From the human T2T-CHM13v2.0 reference genome, Homo sapiens: DNA of 64,000 nucleotides. The translations under genes were made by a program, and so were the position numbers. Shown piece by piece: positions 25,801 to 39,800 of this stretch; position 1 is the first letter of the stretch, and each line of letters begins with the position of its first letter. The stretch is taken from the NCBI RefSeq assembly GCF_009914755.1, contig NC_060939.1; one strand, 5' to 3'. The notes under the pieces are model-generated. The model did not search any database. It was not told where the DNA came from and worked only from the letters and a program-made list of their open reading frames with translations.

Positions 25801-28800
25801 TCCATTCCATTCCATTCCATTCCATTCAGTTCCATTCCATTCTGTTCCATTCCATTCCGTTCCATTGCATTCCATTCCATTCGGTACCATTCCATATTGT
25901 TCCATTCGATTCCATTCGAATCCATTCCGTTCCAGTCCATTCCATTCGATTCCATTCCATTCCTTTCAATTCCATTCCATTCCATTCCATTCCACTTGAT
26001 TCCACTCCATTCCCTTCCACTGCATTCCATTCGATTCCATTCCATTGCATTGCATTCCATTCCATTGGACTGCATTCCATTCGATTCCATTCCATTCGAA
26101 TCAATTACATAGCAATCCATTACATTCGAGTCTATTCTATTCCGTTCCATTCGATTTCGTTCCAATCCATTCGATTCCATTCCATTCGATTCCATTCCAT
26201 ACTATTGCATTCCATTCGATTACATTAGATTCGAATAAGTTCCATTCAAGACCATTTCTTTTGAGTCCATTCTATTTGAGTCCATTCCCTTTGATTCCAT
26301 AACATTTGAGTCCATTCAATTCCATTCCTTTCGTTTCCATTCCATTTGATGCCATTCCATTCAATTCTGTTCTACTCGACTCCAATACATTCAATTCCAT
26401 TCCAACCGATTCCATTACATTCTTTTCATTTCTTATCCATTTCAAGCCATTCCACTCCATTCCATTCCACTCGTTTCCTTTCCATTCGAGTCCATTCCTC
26501 TCCAGTCCATTCCGTTCAATCCATTCCATTCCAGTCCATTCCATTCGAGTCCGTTCCATTCCAGTCCACTCCATTCGAGTCAATTCCATTCCATTCGATG
26601 TCTTTCCATAACGATCCATTCCATTCTATTCCTTTCGATTCCATTCCATTCTATTTCATTCCATTCGATTCCCTTCCATTGGACTCCTTTCCATTCGAGT
26701 GCATTCCATTCCGTTCCATTTCTTTCCGTTCTGTACGATTCCTACCGTTCGATTTCATTTTGTTCCAGTCCATTCCTTTCGCGTCCATTCCATTCCATTT
26801 CACTCCATTCGATTCCATTCCACTCGATTCCACTTCGTTCCATTTCATTGCATTCCATTCTATTCAACTCTATTGCCTTCCATTCCATTCCATTCGATTA
26901 CATTCCATGCGATTCCATTCGAAATCGAATCAATTACATTGCAATCCATTACTATTGAGTCCATTTTGTTCCAGTCCACTGCATTCTGGTCCATTCCATT
27001 TGATTCCATTCCATTCTATTCCATTCCATACAGTTGCATTCCATTGGATTCCATTCTATATCTATAAATTCAATTCGAGACCATTGCTTTTGAATCCATT
27101 CTATATGATTCCATTCCATTCAAGTCCATTACATTTGGTTCAATTCCATTCCATTCCATTCCCTTCCATTCCATTCCAGTTGATATCAATCCATTCGATT
27201 CCATTCCATTCGAGCACATTCCATTCGAGTCCATTCCATTCGATGCCATTACATTTGATTCTATTCCATTAGTCTCCATTCAATTCCATTAATCTCCATT
27301 CCATTCCATTCTACTCCAACTGATTCCATTCCATTCTATTCCTTTCCATTCCATTTCATTCCATTCCATTCCATTTCATTCCATTCCATTCCATTCGCTT
27401 CCATTCCATTCGTGTCCATTCCACTCCAGTCCATTCCATTCGTGTCCATTCCATTCCAGTCCATTCCATTTGTGTCCACTGCATTCCATTCCACTCCATT
27501 CCATATTATTCCATTACACTCCATTCCATTCTATTACTTTCATTTCCATTCAATTCCATTCCATTTGATTCCATTCCACTCGGTTTCATTCCATTTGAGT
27601 CCACTCCATTCCATTCCATTCCATTCCATTCAGTTCCATTCCATTCTGTTCCATTGCATTCCATTCCATTCGGTACCATTCCATATTGTTCCATTCGATT
27701 CCATTCGAATCCATTCCATTCCAGTCCATTCCATTCGATTCCATTCCATTCCTTTCAATTCCATTCCATTCCATTCCATTCCACTTGATTCCACTCCATT
27801 CCCTTCCACTGCATTCCATTCGATTCCATTCCATTGCATTGCATTCCATTCCATTGGACTGCATTCCATTCGATTCCATTCCATTCGAATCAATTACATA
27901 GCAATCCATTACATTCGAGTTTATTCTATTCCGTTCCATTTGATTTCGTTCCAATCCATTCGATTCCATTCCATTCGATTCCATTCCATACTATTGCATT
28001 CCATTCGATTACATTATATTCGAATAAGTTCCATTCAAGACCATTTCTTTTGAGTCCATTCTATTTGAGTCCATTCCCTTTGATTCCATAACATTTGAGT
28101 CCATTCAATTCCATTCCTTTCGTTTCCATTCCATTTGATGCCATTCCATTCAATTCTGTTCTACTCGACTCCAATACATTCAATTCCATTCCATCCGATT
28201 CCATTACATTCTTTTCATTTCTTATCCATTTCAAGCCATTCCACTCCATTCCATTCCACTCGTTTCCTTTCCATTCGAGTCCATTCCTCTCCAGTCCATT
28301 CCGTTCAATCCATTCCATTCCAGTCCATTCCATTCGAGTCCGTTCAATTCCAGTCCACTCCATTCGAGTCAATTCCATTCCATTCGATGTCTTTCCATAA
28401 AGATCCATTCCATTCTATTCCTTTCGATTCCATTCCATTCTATTTCATTCCGTTCGATTCCCTTCCATTGGACTCCTTTCCATTCGAGTGCATTCCATTC
28501 CGTTCCATTTCTTTCTGTTCTGTACGATTCCTACCGTTCGATTTCATTTTGTTCCAGTCCATTCCTTTCGCGTCCATTCCATTCCATTTCCCTCCATTCG
28601 ATTCCATTCCACTCGATTCCACTTCGTTCCATTTCATTGCATTCCATTCTATTCAACTCTATTGCCTTCCATTCCATTCCATTCGATTACATTCCATGCG
28701 ATTCCATTCGAAATCGAATCAATTACATTGCAATCCATTACTATTGAGTCCATTTTATTCCAGTCCACTGCATTCTGGTCCATTCCATTTGATTCCATTC

Positions 28801-31440
28801 CATTCTATTCCATTCCATACAGTTGCATTCCATTGGATTCCATGCTATATCTATAAATTCAATTCGAGACCATTGCTTTTGAGTCCATTCTATATGATTC
28901 CATTCCATTCAAGTCCATTACATTTGGTTCAATTCCATTCCATTCCATTCCCTTCCATTCCATTCCAGTTGATATCAATCCATTCGATTCCATTCCATTC
29001 GAGCACATTCCATTCGAGTCCATTCCATTCGATGCCATTCCATTTGATTCTATTCCATTAGTCTCCATTCAATTCCATTAATCTCCATTCCATTCCATTC
29101 TACTCCAACTGATTCCATTCCATTCTATTCCTTTCCATTCCATTTCATTCCATTCCATTCCATTTCATTCCATTCCATTCCATTCGTGTCCATTCCACTC
29201 CAGTCCATTCCATTCGTGTCCATTCCATTCCAGTCCATTCCATTTGTGTCCACTGCATTCCATTCCACTCCATTCCATATTATTCCATTATACTCCATTC
29301 CATTCTATTAGTTTCATTTCCATTCAATTCCATTCCATTTGATTCCATTCCACTCGGTTTCATTCCATTTGAGTCCACTCCATTCCATTCCATTCCATTC
29401 CATTCAGTTCCATTCCATTCCATTCCATTCCATTCCGTTCCATTGCATTCCATTCCATTCGGTACCATTCCATATTGTTCCATTCGATTCCATTCGAATC
29501 CATTCCATTCCAGTCCATTCCATTCGATTCCATTCCATTCCTTTCAATTCCATTCCATTCCATTCCATTCCACTTGATTCCACTCCATTCCCTTCCACTG
29601 CATTCCATTCGATTCCATTCCATTGCATTGCATTCCATTCCATTGGACTGCATTCCATTCGATTCCATTCCATTCGAATCAATTACATAGCAATCCATTA
29701 CATTCGAGTCTATTCTATTCCATTCCATTCGATTTCGTTCCAATCCATTCGATTCCATTCCATTCGATTCCATTCCATACTATTGCATTCCATTCGATTA
29801 CATTATATTCGAATAAGTTCCATTCAAGACCATTTCTTTTGAGTCCATTCTATTTGAGTCCATTCCCTTTGATTCCATAACATTTGAGTCCATTCAATTC
29901 CATTCCTTTCGTTTCCATTCCATTTGATGCCATTCCATTCAATTCTGTTCTACTCGACTCCAATACATTCAATTCCATTCCATCCGATTCCATTACATTC
30001 TTTTCATTTCTTATCCATTTCAAGCCATTCCACTCCATTCCATTCCACTCGTTTCCTTTCCATTCGAGTCCATTCCTCTCCAGTCCATTCCGTTCAATCC
30101 ATTCCATTCCAGTCCATTCCATTCGAGTCTGTTCCATTCCAGTCCAATCCATTCGAGTCAATTCCATCCCATTCGATGTCTTTCCATAACGATCCATTCC
30201 ATTCTATTCCTTTCGATTCCATTCCATTCTATTTCATTCCATTCGATTCCCTTCCATTGGACTCCTTTCCATTCGAGTGCATTCCATTCCGTTCCATTTC
30301 TTTCCGTTCTGTACGATTCCTACCGTTCGATTTCATTTTGTTCCAGTCCATTCCTTTCGCGTCCATTCCATTCCATTTCACTCCATTCGATTCCATTCCA
30401 CTCGATTCCACTTCGTTCCATTTCATTGCATTCCATTGTATTCAACTCTATTGCCTTCCATTCCATTCCATTCGATTACATTCCATGCGATTCCATTCGA
30501 AATCGAATCAATTACATTGCAATCCATTACTATTGAGTCCGTTTTATTCCAGTCCACTGCATTCTGGTCCATTCCATTTGATTCCATTCCATTCTATTCC
30601 ATTCCATACAGTTGCATTCCATTGGATTCCATTCTATATCTATAAATTCAATACGAGACCATTGCTTTTGAGTCCATTCTATATGATTCCATTCCTTTCA
30701 AGTCCATTACATTTGGTTCAATTCCATTCCTTTTCATTCCCTTCCATTCCATTCCAGTTGATATCAATCCATTCGATTCCATTCCATTCGAGCACATTCC
30801 ATTCGAGTCCATTCCATTCGATGCCATTCCATTTGATTCTATTCCATTAGTCTCCATTCAATTCCATTAATCTCCATTCCATTCCAATCTACTCCAACTG
30901 ATTCCATTCCATTCTATTCCTTTCCATTCCATTTCATTCCATTCCATTCCATTTCATTCCATTCCATTCCATTCGCTTCCATTCCATTCGTGTCCATTCC
31001 ACTCCAGTCCATTCCATTCGTGTCCATTCCATTCCAGTCCATTCCATTTGTGTCCACTGCATTCCATTCCACTCCATTCCATATTATTCCATTACACTCC
31101 ATTCCATTCTATTACTTTCATTTCCATTCAATTCCATTCCATTTGATTCCATTCCACTCGGTTTCATTCCATTTGAGTCCACTCCATTCCATTCCATTCC
31201 ATTCCATTCCAATCCATTCCATACAGTTCCATTCCATTCTGTTCCATTCCATTCCGTTCCATTGCATTCCATTCCATTCGGTACCATTCCATATTTTTCC
31301 ATTCGATTCCATTCGAATCCATTCCATTCCAGTCCATTCCATTCGATTCCATTCCATTCCTTTCAATTCCATTCCATTCCATTCCATTCCACTTGATTCC
31401 ACTCCATTCCCTTCCACTGCATTCCATTCGATTCCATTCC

Positions 31441-31540
31441 ATTGCATTGCATTCCATTCCATTGGACTGCATTCCATTCGATTCCATTCCATTGCATTGC
31501 ATTCCATTCCATTGGACTGCATTCCATTCGATTCCATTCC
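31441..31540 (+). repeat. 50-bp direct tandem duplication inside a monomer
   Basis: ATTGCATTGCATTCCATTCCATTGGACTGCATTCCATTCGATTCCATTCC occurs twice (31441-31490, 31491-31540); it is single copy in normal units. Confidence 0.95.
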
Positions 31541-34500
31541 ATTCGAATCAATTACATAGCAATCCATTACATTCGAGTCTATTCTATTCCGTTCCATTCG
31601 ATTTCGTTCCAATCCATTCGATTCCATTCCATTCGATTCCATTCCATACTATTGCATTCCATTCTATCACATTATATTCGAATAAGTTCCATTCAAGACC
31701 ATTTCTTTTGAGTCCATTCTATTTGAGTCCATTCCCTTTGATTCCATAACATTTGAGTCCATTCAATTCCATTCCTTTCGTTTGCATTCCATTTGATGCC
31801 ATTCCATTCAATTCTGTTCTACTCGACTCCAATACATTCAATTCCATTCCATCCGATTCCATTACATTCTTTTCATTTCTTATCCATTTCAAGCCATTCC
31901 ACTCCATTCCATTCCACTCGTTTCCTTTCCATTCGAGTCCATTCCTCTCCAGTCCATTCCGTTCAATCCATTCCATTCCAGTCCATTCCATTCGAGTCCG
32001 TTCCATTCCAGTCCATTCCATTCGAGTCAATTCCATTCCATTCGATGTCTTTCCATAACGATCCATTCCATTCTATTCCTTTCGATTCCATTCCATTCTA
32101 TTTCATTCCATTCGATTCCCTTCCATTGGACTCCTTTCCATTCGAGTGCATTCCATTCCGTTCCATTTCTTTCCGTTCTGTACGATTCCTACCGTTCGAT
32201 TTCATTTTGTTCCAGTCCATTCCTTTCGCGTCCATTCCATTCCATTTCACTCCATTCGATTCCATTCCACTCGATTCCACTTCGTTCCATTTCATTGCAT
32301 TCCATTCTATTCAACTCTATTGCCTTCCATTCCATTCCATTCGATTACATTCCATGCGATTCCATTCGAAATCGAATCAATTACATTGCAATCCATTACT
32401 ATTGAGTCCGTTTTATTCCAGTCCACTGCATTCTGGTCCATTCCATTTGATTCCATTCCATTTTATTCCCTTCCATACAGTTGCATTCCATTGGATTCCA
32501 TGCTATATCTATAAATTCAATTCGAGACCATTGCTTTTGAGTCCATTCTATATGATTCCATTCCATTCAAGTCCATTACATTTGGTTCAATTCCATTCCA
32601 TTCCATTCCCTTCCATTCCATTCCAGTTGATATCAATCCATTCGATTCCATTCCATTAGAGCACATTCCATTCGTGTCCATTCCATTCGATGCCATTCCA
32701 TTTGATTCTATTCCATTAGTCTCCATTCAATTCCATTAATCTCCATTCCATTCCATTCTACTCCAACTGATTCCATTCCATTCTATTCCTTTCCATTCCA
32801 TTTCATTCCATTCCATTCCATTTCATTCCATTTCATTCCATTCGTGTCCATTCCACTCCAGTCCATTCCATTCTTTTCCATTCCATTCCAGTCCATTCCA
32901 TTTGTGTCCACTGCATTCCATTCCACTCCATTCCATATTATTCCATTACACTCCATTCCATTCTATTACTTTCATTTCCATTCAATTCCATTCCATTTGA
33001 TTCCATTCCACTCGGTTTCATTCCATTTGAGTCCACTCCATTCCATTCCATTCCATTCCATTCAGTTCCATTCCATTCTGTTCCATTCCATTCCGTTCCA
33101 TTACATTCCATTCCATTCGTTACCATTCCATATTGTTCCATTCTATTCCATTCGAATCCATTCCATTCCAGTCCATTCCATTCGATTCCATTCCATTCAT
33201 TTCAATTCCATTCCATTCCATTCCATTACATTCCACTTGATTCCTCTCCATTCCCTTCCACTGAATTCCGTTCGATTCCATTCCATTGCATTGCATTCCA
33301 TTCCATTGGATTGCATTCCATTCGATTCCATTCCATGCGAATCAATTACATAGCAATCCATTACATTCGAGTCTATTCTATTCCGTTCCATTCGATTTCG
33401 TTCCAATCCATTCGATTCCATTCCATTCGATTCCATTCCATACTATTGCATTCCATTCGATTACATTATATTCAAATAAGTTCCATTCAAGACCATTTTT
33501 TTGAGTCCATTCTATTTGAGTCCATTCCCTTTGATTCCATAACATTTGAGTCCATTCAATTCCATTCCTTTCGTTTCCATTCCATTTGATGCCATTCCAT
33601 TCAATTCTGTTCTACTCGACTCCAATACATTCAATTCCATTCCATCCGATTCCATTACATTCTTTTCATTTCTTATCCATTTCAAGCCATTCCACTCCAC
33701 TCCATTCCACTCGTTTCCTTTCCATTCGAGTCCATTCCTCTCCAGTCCATTCCGTTCAATCCATTCCATTCCAGTCCATTCCATTCGAGTCCGTTCCATT
33801 CCAGTCCAATCCATTCGAGTCAATTCCATCCCATTCGATGTCTTTCCATAACGATGCATTCCATTCTATTCCTTTCGATTCCATTCCATTCTATTTCATT
33901 CCATTCGATTCCCTTCCATTGGACTCCTTTCCATTCGAGTGCATTCCATTCCGTTCCATTTCTTTCCGTTCTGTACGATTCCTACCGTTCGATTTCATTT
34001 TGTTCCAGTCCATTCCTTTCGCGTCCATTCCATTCCATTTCACTCCATTCGATTCCATTCCACTCGATTCCACTTCGTTCCATTTCATTGCATTCCATTC
34101 TATTTAACTCTATTGCCTTCCATTCCATTCCATTCGATTACATTCCATGCGATTCCATTCGAAATCGAATCAATTACATTGCAATCCATTACTATTGCGT
34201 CCATTTTATTCCAGTCCACTGCATTCTGGTCCATTCCATTTGATTCCATTCCATTCTATTCCATTCCATACAGTTGCATTCCATTGGATTCCATTCTATA
34301 TCTATAAATTCAATTCGAAACCATTGCTTTTGAGTCCATTCTATATGATTCCATTCCATTCAAGTCCATTACATTTTGTTCAATTCCATTCCATTCCATT
34401 CCCTTCCATTCCATTCCAGTTGATATCAATCCATTCGATTCCATTCCATTCGAGCACATTCCATTCGAGTCCATTCCATTCGATGCCATTCCATTTGATT

Positions 34501-36651
34501 CTATTCCTTTAGTCTCCATTCAATTCCATTAATCTCCATTCCATTCCATTCTACTCCAACTGATTCCATTCCATTCTATTCCTTTCCATTCCATTTCATT
34601 CCATTCCATTCCATTTCATTCCATTCCATTCCATTCGCTTCCATTCCATTCGTGTCCATTCCACTCCAGTCCATTCCATTCGTGTCCATTCCATTCCAGT
34701 CCATTCCATTTGTGTCCACTGCATTCCATTCCACTCCATTCCATATTATTCCGTTACACTGCATTCCATTCTATTACTTTCATTTCCATTCAATTCCATT
34801 CCATTTGATTCCATTCCACTCGGTTTCATTCCATTTGAGTCCACTCCATTCCATTCCATTCCATTCCATTCCATTCAGTTCCATTCCATTCTGTTCCATT
34901 CCATTCCGTTCCATTGCATTCCATTCCATTCGGTACCATTCCATATTTTTCCATTCGATTCCATTCGAATCCATTCCATTCCAGTCCATTCCATTCGATT
35001 CCATTCCATTCCTTTCAATTCCATTCCATTCCATTCCATTCCACTTGATTCCACTCCATTCCCTTCCACTGCATTCCATTCGATTCCATTCCATTGCATT
35101 GCATTCCATTCCATTGGACTGCATTCCATTCGATTCCATTCCATTCGAATCAATTACATAGCAATCCATTACATTCGAGTCTATTCTATTCCGTTCCATT
35201 CGATTTCATTCCAATCCATTCGATTCCATTCCATTCGATTCCATTCCATACTATTGCATTCCATTTGATTACATTATATTCGAATAAGTTCCATTCAAGA
35301 CCATTTCTTTTGAGTCCATTCTATTTGAGTCCATTCCCTTTGATTCCATAACATTTGAGTCCATTCAATTCCATTCCTTTCGTTTCCATTCCATTTGATG
35401 CCATTCCATTCAATTCTGTTCTACTCGACTCCAATACATTCAATTCCATTCCATCCGATTCCATTACATTCTTTTCATTTCTTATCCATTTCAAGCCATT
35501 CCACTCCATTCCATTCCACTCGTTTCCTTTCCATTCGAGTCCATTCCTCTCCAGTCCATTCCGTTCAATCCATTCCATTCCAGTCCATTCCATTCGAGTC
35601 CGTTCCATTCCAGTCCATTCCATTCGAGTCAATTCCATTCCATTCGATGTCTTTCCATAACGATCCATTCCATTCTATTCCTTTCGATTCCATTCCATTC
35701 TATTTCATTCCATTCGATTCCCTTCCATTGGACTCCTTTCCATTCGAGTGCATTCCATTCCGTTCCATTTCTTACCGTTCTGTACGATTCCTACCGTTCG
35801 ATTTCATTTTGTTCCAGTCCATTCCTTTCGCGTCCATTCCATTCCATTTCACTCCATTCGATTCCATTCCACTCGATTCCACTTCGTTCCATTTCATTGC
35901 ATTCCATTCTATTCAACTCTATTGCCTTCCATTCCATTCCATTCGATTACATTCCATGCGATTCCATTCGAAATCGAATCAATTACATTGCAATCCATTA
36001 CTATTGAGTCCATTTTATTCCAGTCCACTGCATTCTGGTCCATTCCATTTGATTCCATTCCATTCTATTCCATTCCATACAGTTGCATTCCATTGGATTC
36101 CATTCTATATCTATAAATTCAATTCGAGACCATTGCTTTTGAATCCATTCTATATGATTCCATTCCATTCAAGTCCATTACATTTGGTTCAATTCCATTC
36201 CATTCCATTCCCTTCCATTCCATTCCAGTTGATATCAATCCATTCGATTCCATTCCATTCGAGCACATTCCATTTGAGTCCATTCCATTCGATGCCATTC
36301 CATTTGATTCTATTCCATTAGTCTCCATTCAATTCCATTAATCTCCATTCCATTCCATTCTACTCCAACTGATTCCATTCCATTCTATTCCTTTCCATTC
36401 CATTTCATTCCATTCCATTCCATTTCATTCCATTCCATTCCATTCGCTTCCATTCCATTCGTGTCCATTCCACTCCAGTCCATTCCATTCGTGTCCATTC
36501 CATTCCAGTCCATTCCATTTGTGTCCACTGCATTCCATTCCACTCCATTCCATATTATTGCATTACACTCCATTCCATTCTATTACTTTCATTTCCATTC
36601 AATTCCATTCCATTTGATTCCATTCCACTCGGTTTCATTCCATTTGAGTCC

Positions 36652-36851
36652 ACTCCATTCCATTCCATTCCATTCCTTTCAATTCCATTCCATTCCATTC
36701 CACTTGATTCCACTCCATTCCCTTCCACTGCATTCCATTCGATTCCATTCCATTGCATTGCATTCCATTCCATTGGACTGCATTCCATTCGATTCCATTC
36801 CATTGCATTGCATTCCATTCCATTGGACTGCATTCCATTCGATTCCATTCC
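36652..36851 (+). other. Variant monomer segment: ~140-bp deletion removing the KpnI segment, plus the 50-bp duplication
   Basis: ACTCC(ATTCC)4 joins directly to TTTCA at 36677 (25 bp downstream of ACTCC vs 165 bp in the first unit). 50-bp duplication at 36752-36851. Unit length 1709 bp. Confidence 0.93.
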
Positions 36852-39800
36852 ATTCGAATCAATTACATAGCAATCCATTACATTCGAGTCTATTCTATTC
36901 CGTTCCATTCGATTTCGTTCCAATCCATTCGATTCCATTCCATTCGATTCCATTCCATACTATTGCATTCCATTCTATCACATTATATTCGAATAAGTTC
37001 CATTCAAGACCATTTCTTTTGAGTCCATTCTATTTGAGTCCATTCCCTTTGATTCCATAACATTTGAGTCCATTCAATTCCATTCCTTTCGTTTGCATTC
37101 CATTTGATGCCATTCCATTCAATTCTGTTCTACTCGACTCCAATACATTCAATTCCATTCCATCCGATTCCATTACATTCTTTTCATTTCTTATCCATTT
37201 CAAGCCATTCCACTCCATTCCATTCCACTCGTTTCCTTTCCATTCGAGTCCATTCCTCTCCAGTCCATTCCGTTCAATCCATTCCATTCCAGTCCATTCC
37301 ATTCGAGTCCGTTCCATTCCAGTCCATTCCATTCGAGTCAATTCCATTCCATTCGATGTCTTTCCATAACGATCCATTCCATTCTATTCCTTTCGATTCC
37401 ATTCCATTCTATTTCATTCCATTCGATTCCCTTCCATTGGACTCCTTTCCATTCGAGTGCATTCCATTCCGTTCCATTTCTTTCCGTTCTGTACGATTCC
37501 TACCGTTCGATTTCATTTTGTTCCAGTCCATTCCTTTCGCGTCCATTCCATTCCATTTCACTCCATTCGATTCCATTCCACTCGATTCCACTTCGTTCCA
37601 TTTCATTGCATTCCATTCTATTCAACTCTATTGCCTTCCATTCCATTCCATTCGATTACATTCCATGCGATTCCATTCGAAATCGAATCAATTACATTGC
37701 AATCCATTACTATTGAGTCCGTTTTATTCCAGTCCACTGCATTCTGGTCCATTCCATTTGATTCCATTCCATTTTATTCCCTTCCATACAGTTGCATTCC
37801 ATTGGATTCCATGCTATATCTATAAATTCAATTCGAGACCATTGCTTTTGAGTCCATTCTATATGATTCCATTCCATTCAAGTCCATTACATTTGGTTCA
37901 ATTCCATTCCATTCCATTCCCTTCCATTCCATTCCAGTTGATATCAATCCATTCGATTCCATTCCATTAGAGCACATTCCATTCGAGTCCATTCCATTCG
38001 ATGCCATTCCATTTGATTCTATTCCATTAGTCTCCATTCAATTCCATTAATCTCCATTCCATTCCATTCTACTCCAACTGATTCCATTCCATTCTATTCC
38101 TTTCCATTCCATTTCATTCCATTCCATTCCATTTCATTCCATTTCATTCCATTCGTGTCCATTCCACTCCAGTCCATTCCATTCTTTTCCATTCCATTCC
38201 AGTCCATTCCATTTGTGTCCACTGCATTCCATTCCACTCCATTCCATATTATTCCATTACACTCCATTCCATTCTATTACTTTCATTTCCATTCTATTCC
38301 ATTCCATTTGATTCCATTCCACTCGGTTTCATTCCATTTGAGTCCACTCCATTCCATTCCATTCCATTCCATTCAGTTCCATTCCATTCTGTTCCATTCC
38401 ATTCCGTTCCATTACATTCCATTCCATTCGTTACCATTCCATATTGTTCCATTCTATTCCATTCGAATCCATTCCATTCCAGTCCATTCCATTCGATTCC
38501 ATTCCATTCATTTCAATTCCATTCCATTCCATTCCATTACATTCCACTTGATTCCTCTCCATTCCCTTCCACTGAATTCCGTTCGATTCCATTCCATTGC
38601 ATTGCATTCCATTCCATTGGATTGCATTCCATTCGATTCCATTCCATGCGAATCAATTACATAGCAATCCATTACATTCGAGTCTATTCTATTCCGTTCC
38701 ATTCGATTTCGTTCCAATCCATTCGATTCCATTCCATTCGATTCCATTCCATACTATTGCATTCCATTCGATTACATTATATTCAAATAAGTTCCATTCA
38801 AGACCATTTTTTTGAGTCCATTCTATTTGAGTCCATTCCCTTTGATTCCATAACATTTGAGTCCATTCAATTCCATTCCTTTCGTTTCCATTCCATTTGA
38901 TGCCATTCCATTCAATTCTGTTCTACTCGACTCCAATACATTCAATTCCATTCCATCCGATTCCATTACATTCTTTTCATTTCTTATCCATTTCAAGCCA
39001 TTCCACTCCACTCCATTCCACTCGTTTCCTTTCCATTCGAGTCCATTCCTCTCCAGTCCATTCCGTTCAATCCATTCCATTCCAGTCCATTCCATTCGAG
39101 TCCGTTCCATTCCAGTCCAATCCATTCGAGTCAATTCCATCCCATTCGATGTCTTTCCATAACGATGCATTCCATTCTATTCCTTTCGATTCCATTCCAT
39201 TCTATTTCATTCCATTCGATTCCCTTCCATTGGACTCCTTTCCATTCGAGTGCATTCCATTCCGTTCCATTTCTTTCCGTTCTGTACGATTCCTACCGTT
39301 CGATTTCATTTTGTTCCAGTCCATTCCTTTCGCGTCCATTCCATTCCATTTCACTCCATTCGATTCCATTCCACTCGATTCCACTTCGTTCCATTTCATT
39401 GCATTCCATTCTATTTAACTCTATTGCCTTCCATTCCATTCCATTCGATTACATTCCATGCGATTCCATTCGAAATCGAATCAATTACATTGCAATCCAT
39501 TACTATTGCGTCCATTTTATTCCAGTCCACTGCATTCTGGTCCATTCCATTTGATTCCATTCCATTCTATTCCATTCCATACAGTTGCATTCCATTGGAT
39601 TCCATTCTATATCTATAAATTCAATTCGAAACCATTGCTTTTGAGTCCATTCTATATGATTCCATTCCATTCAAGTCCATTACATTTTGTTCAATTCCAT
39701 TCCATTCCATTCCCTTCCATTCCATTCCAGTTGATATCAATCCATTCGATTCCATTCCATTCGAGCACATTCCATTCGAGTCCATTCCATTCGATGCCAT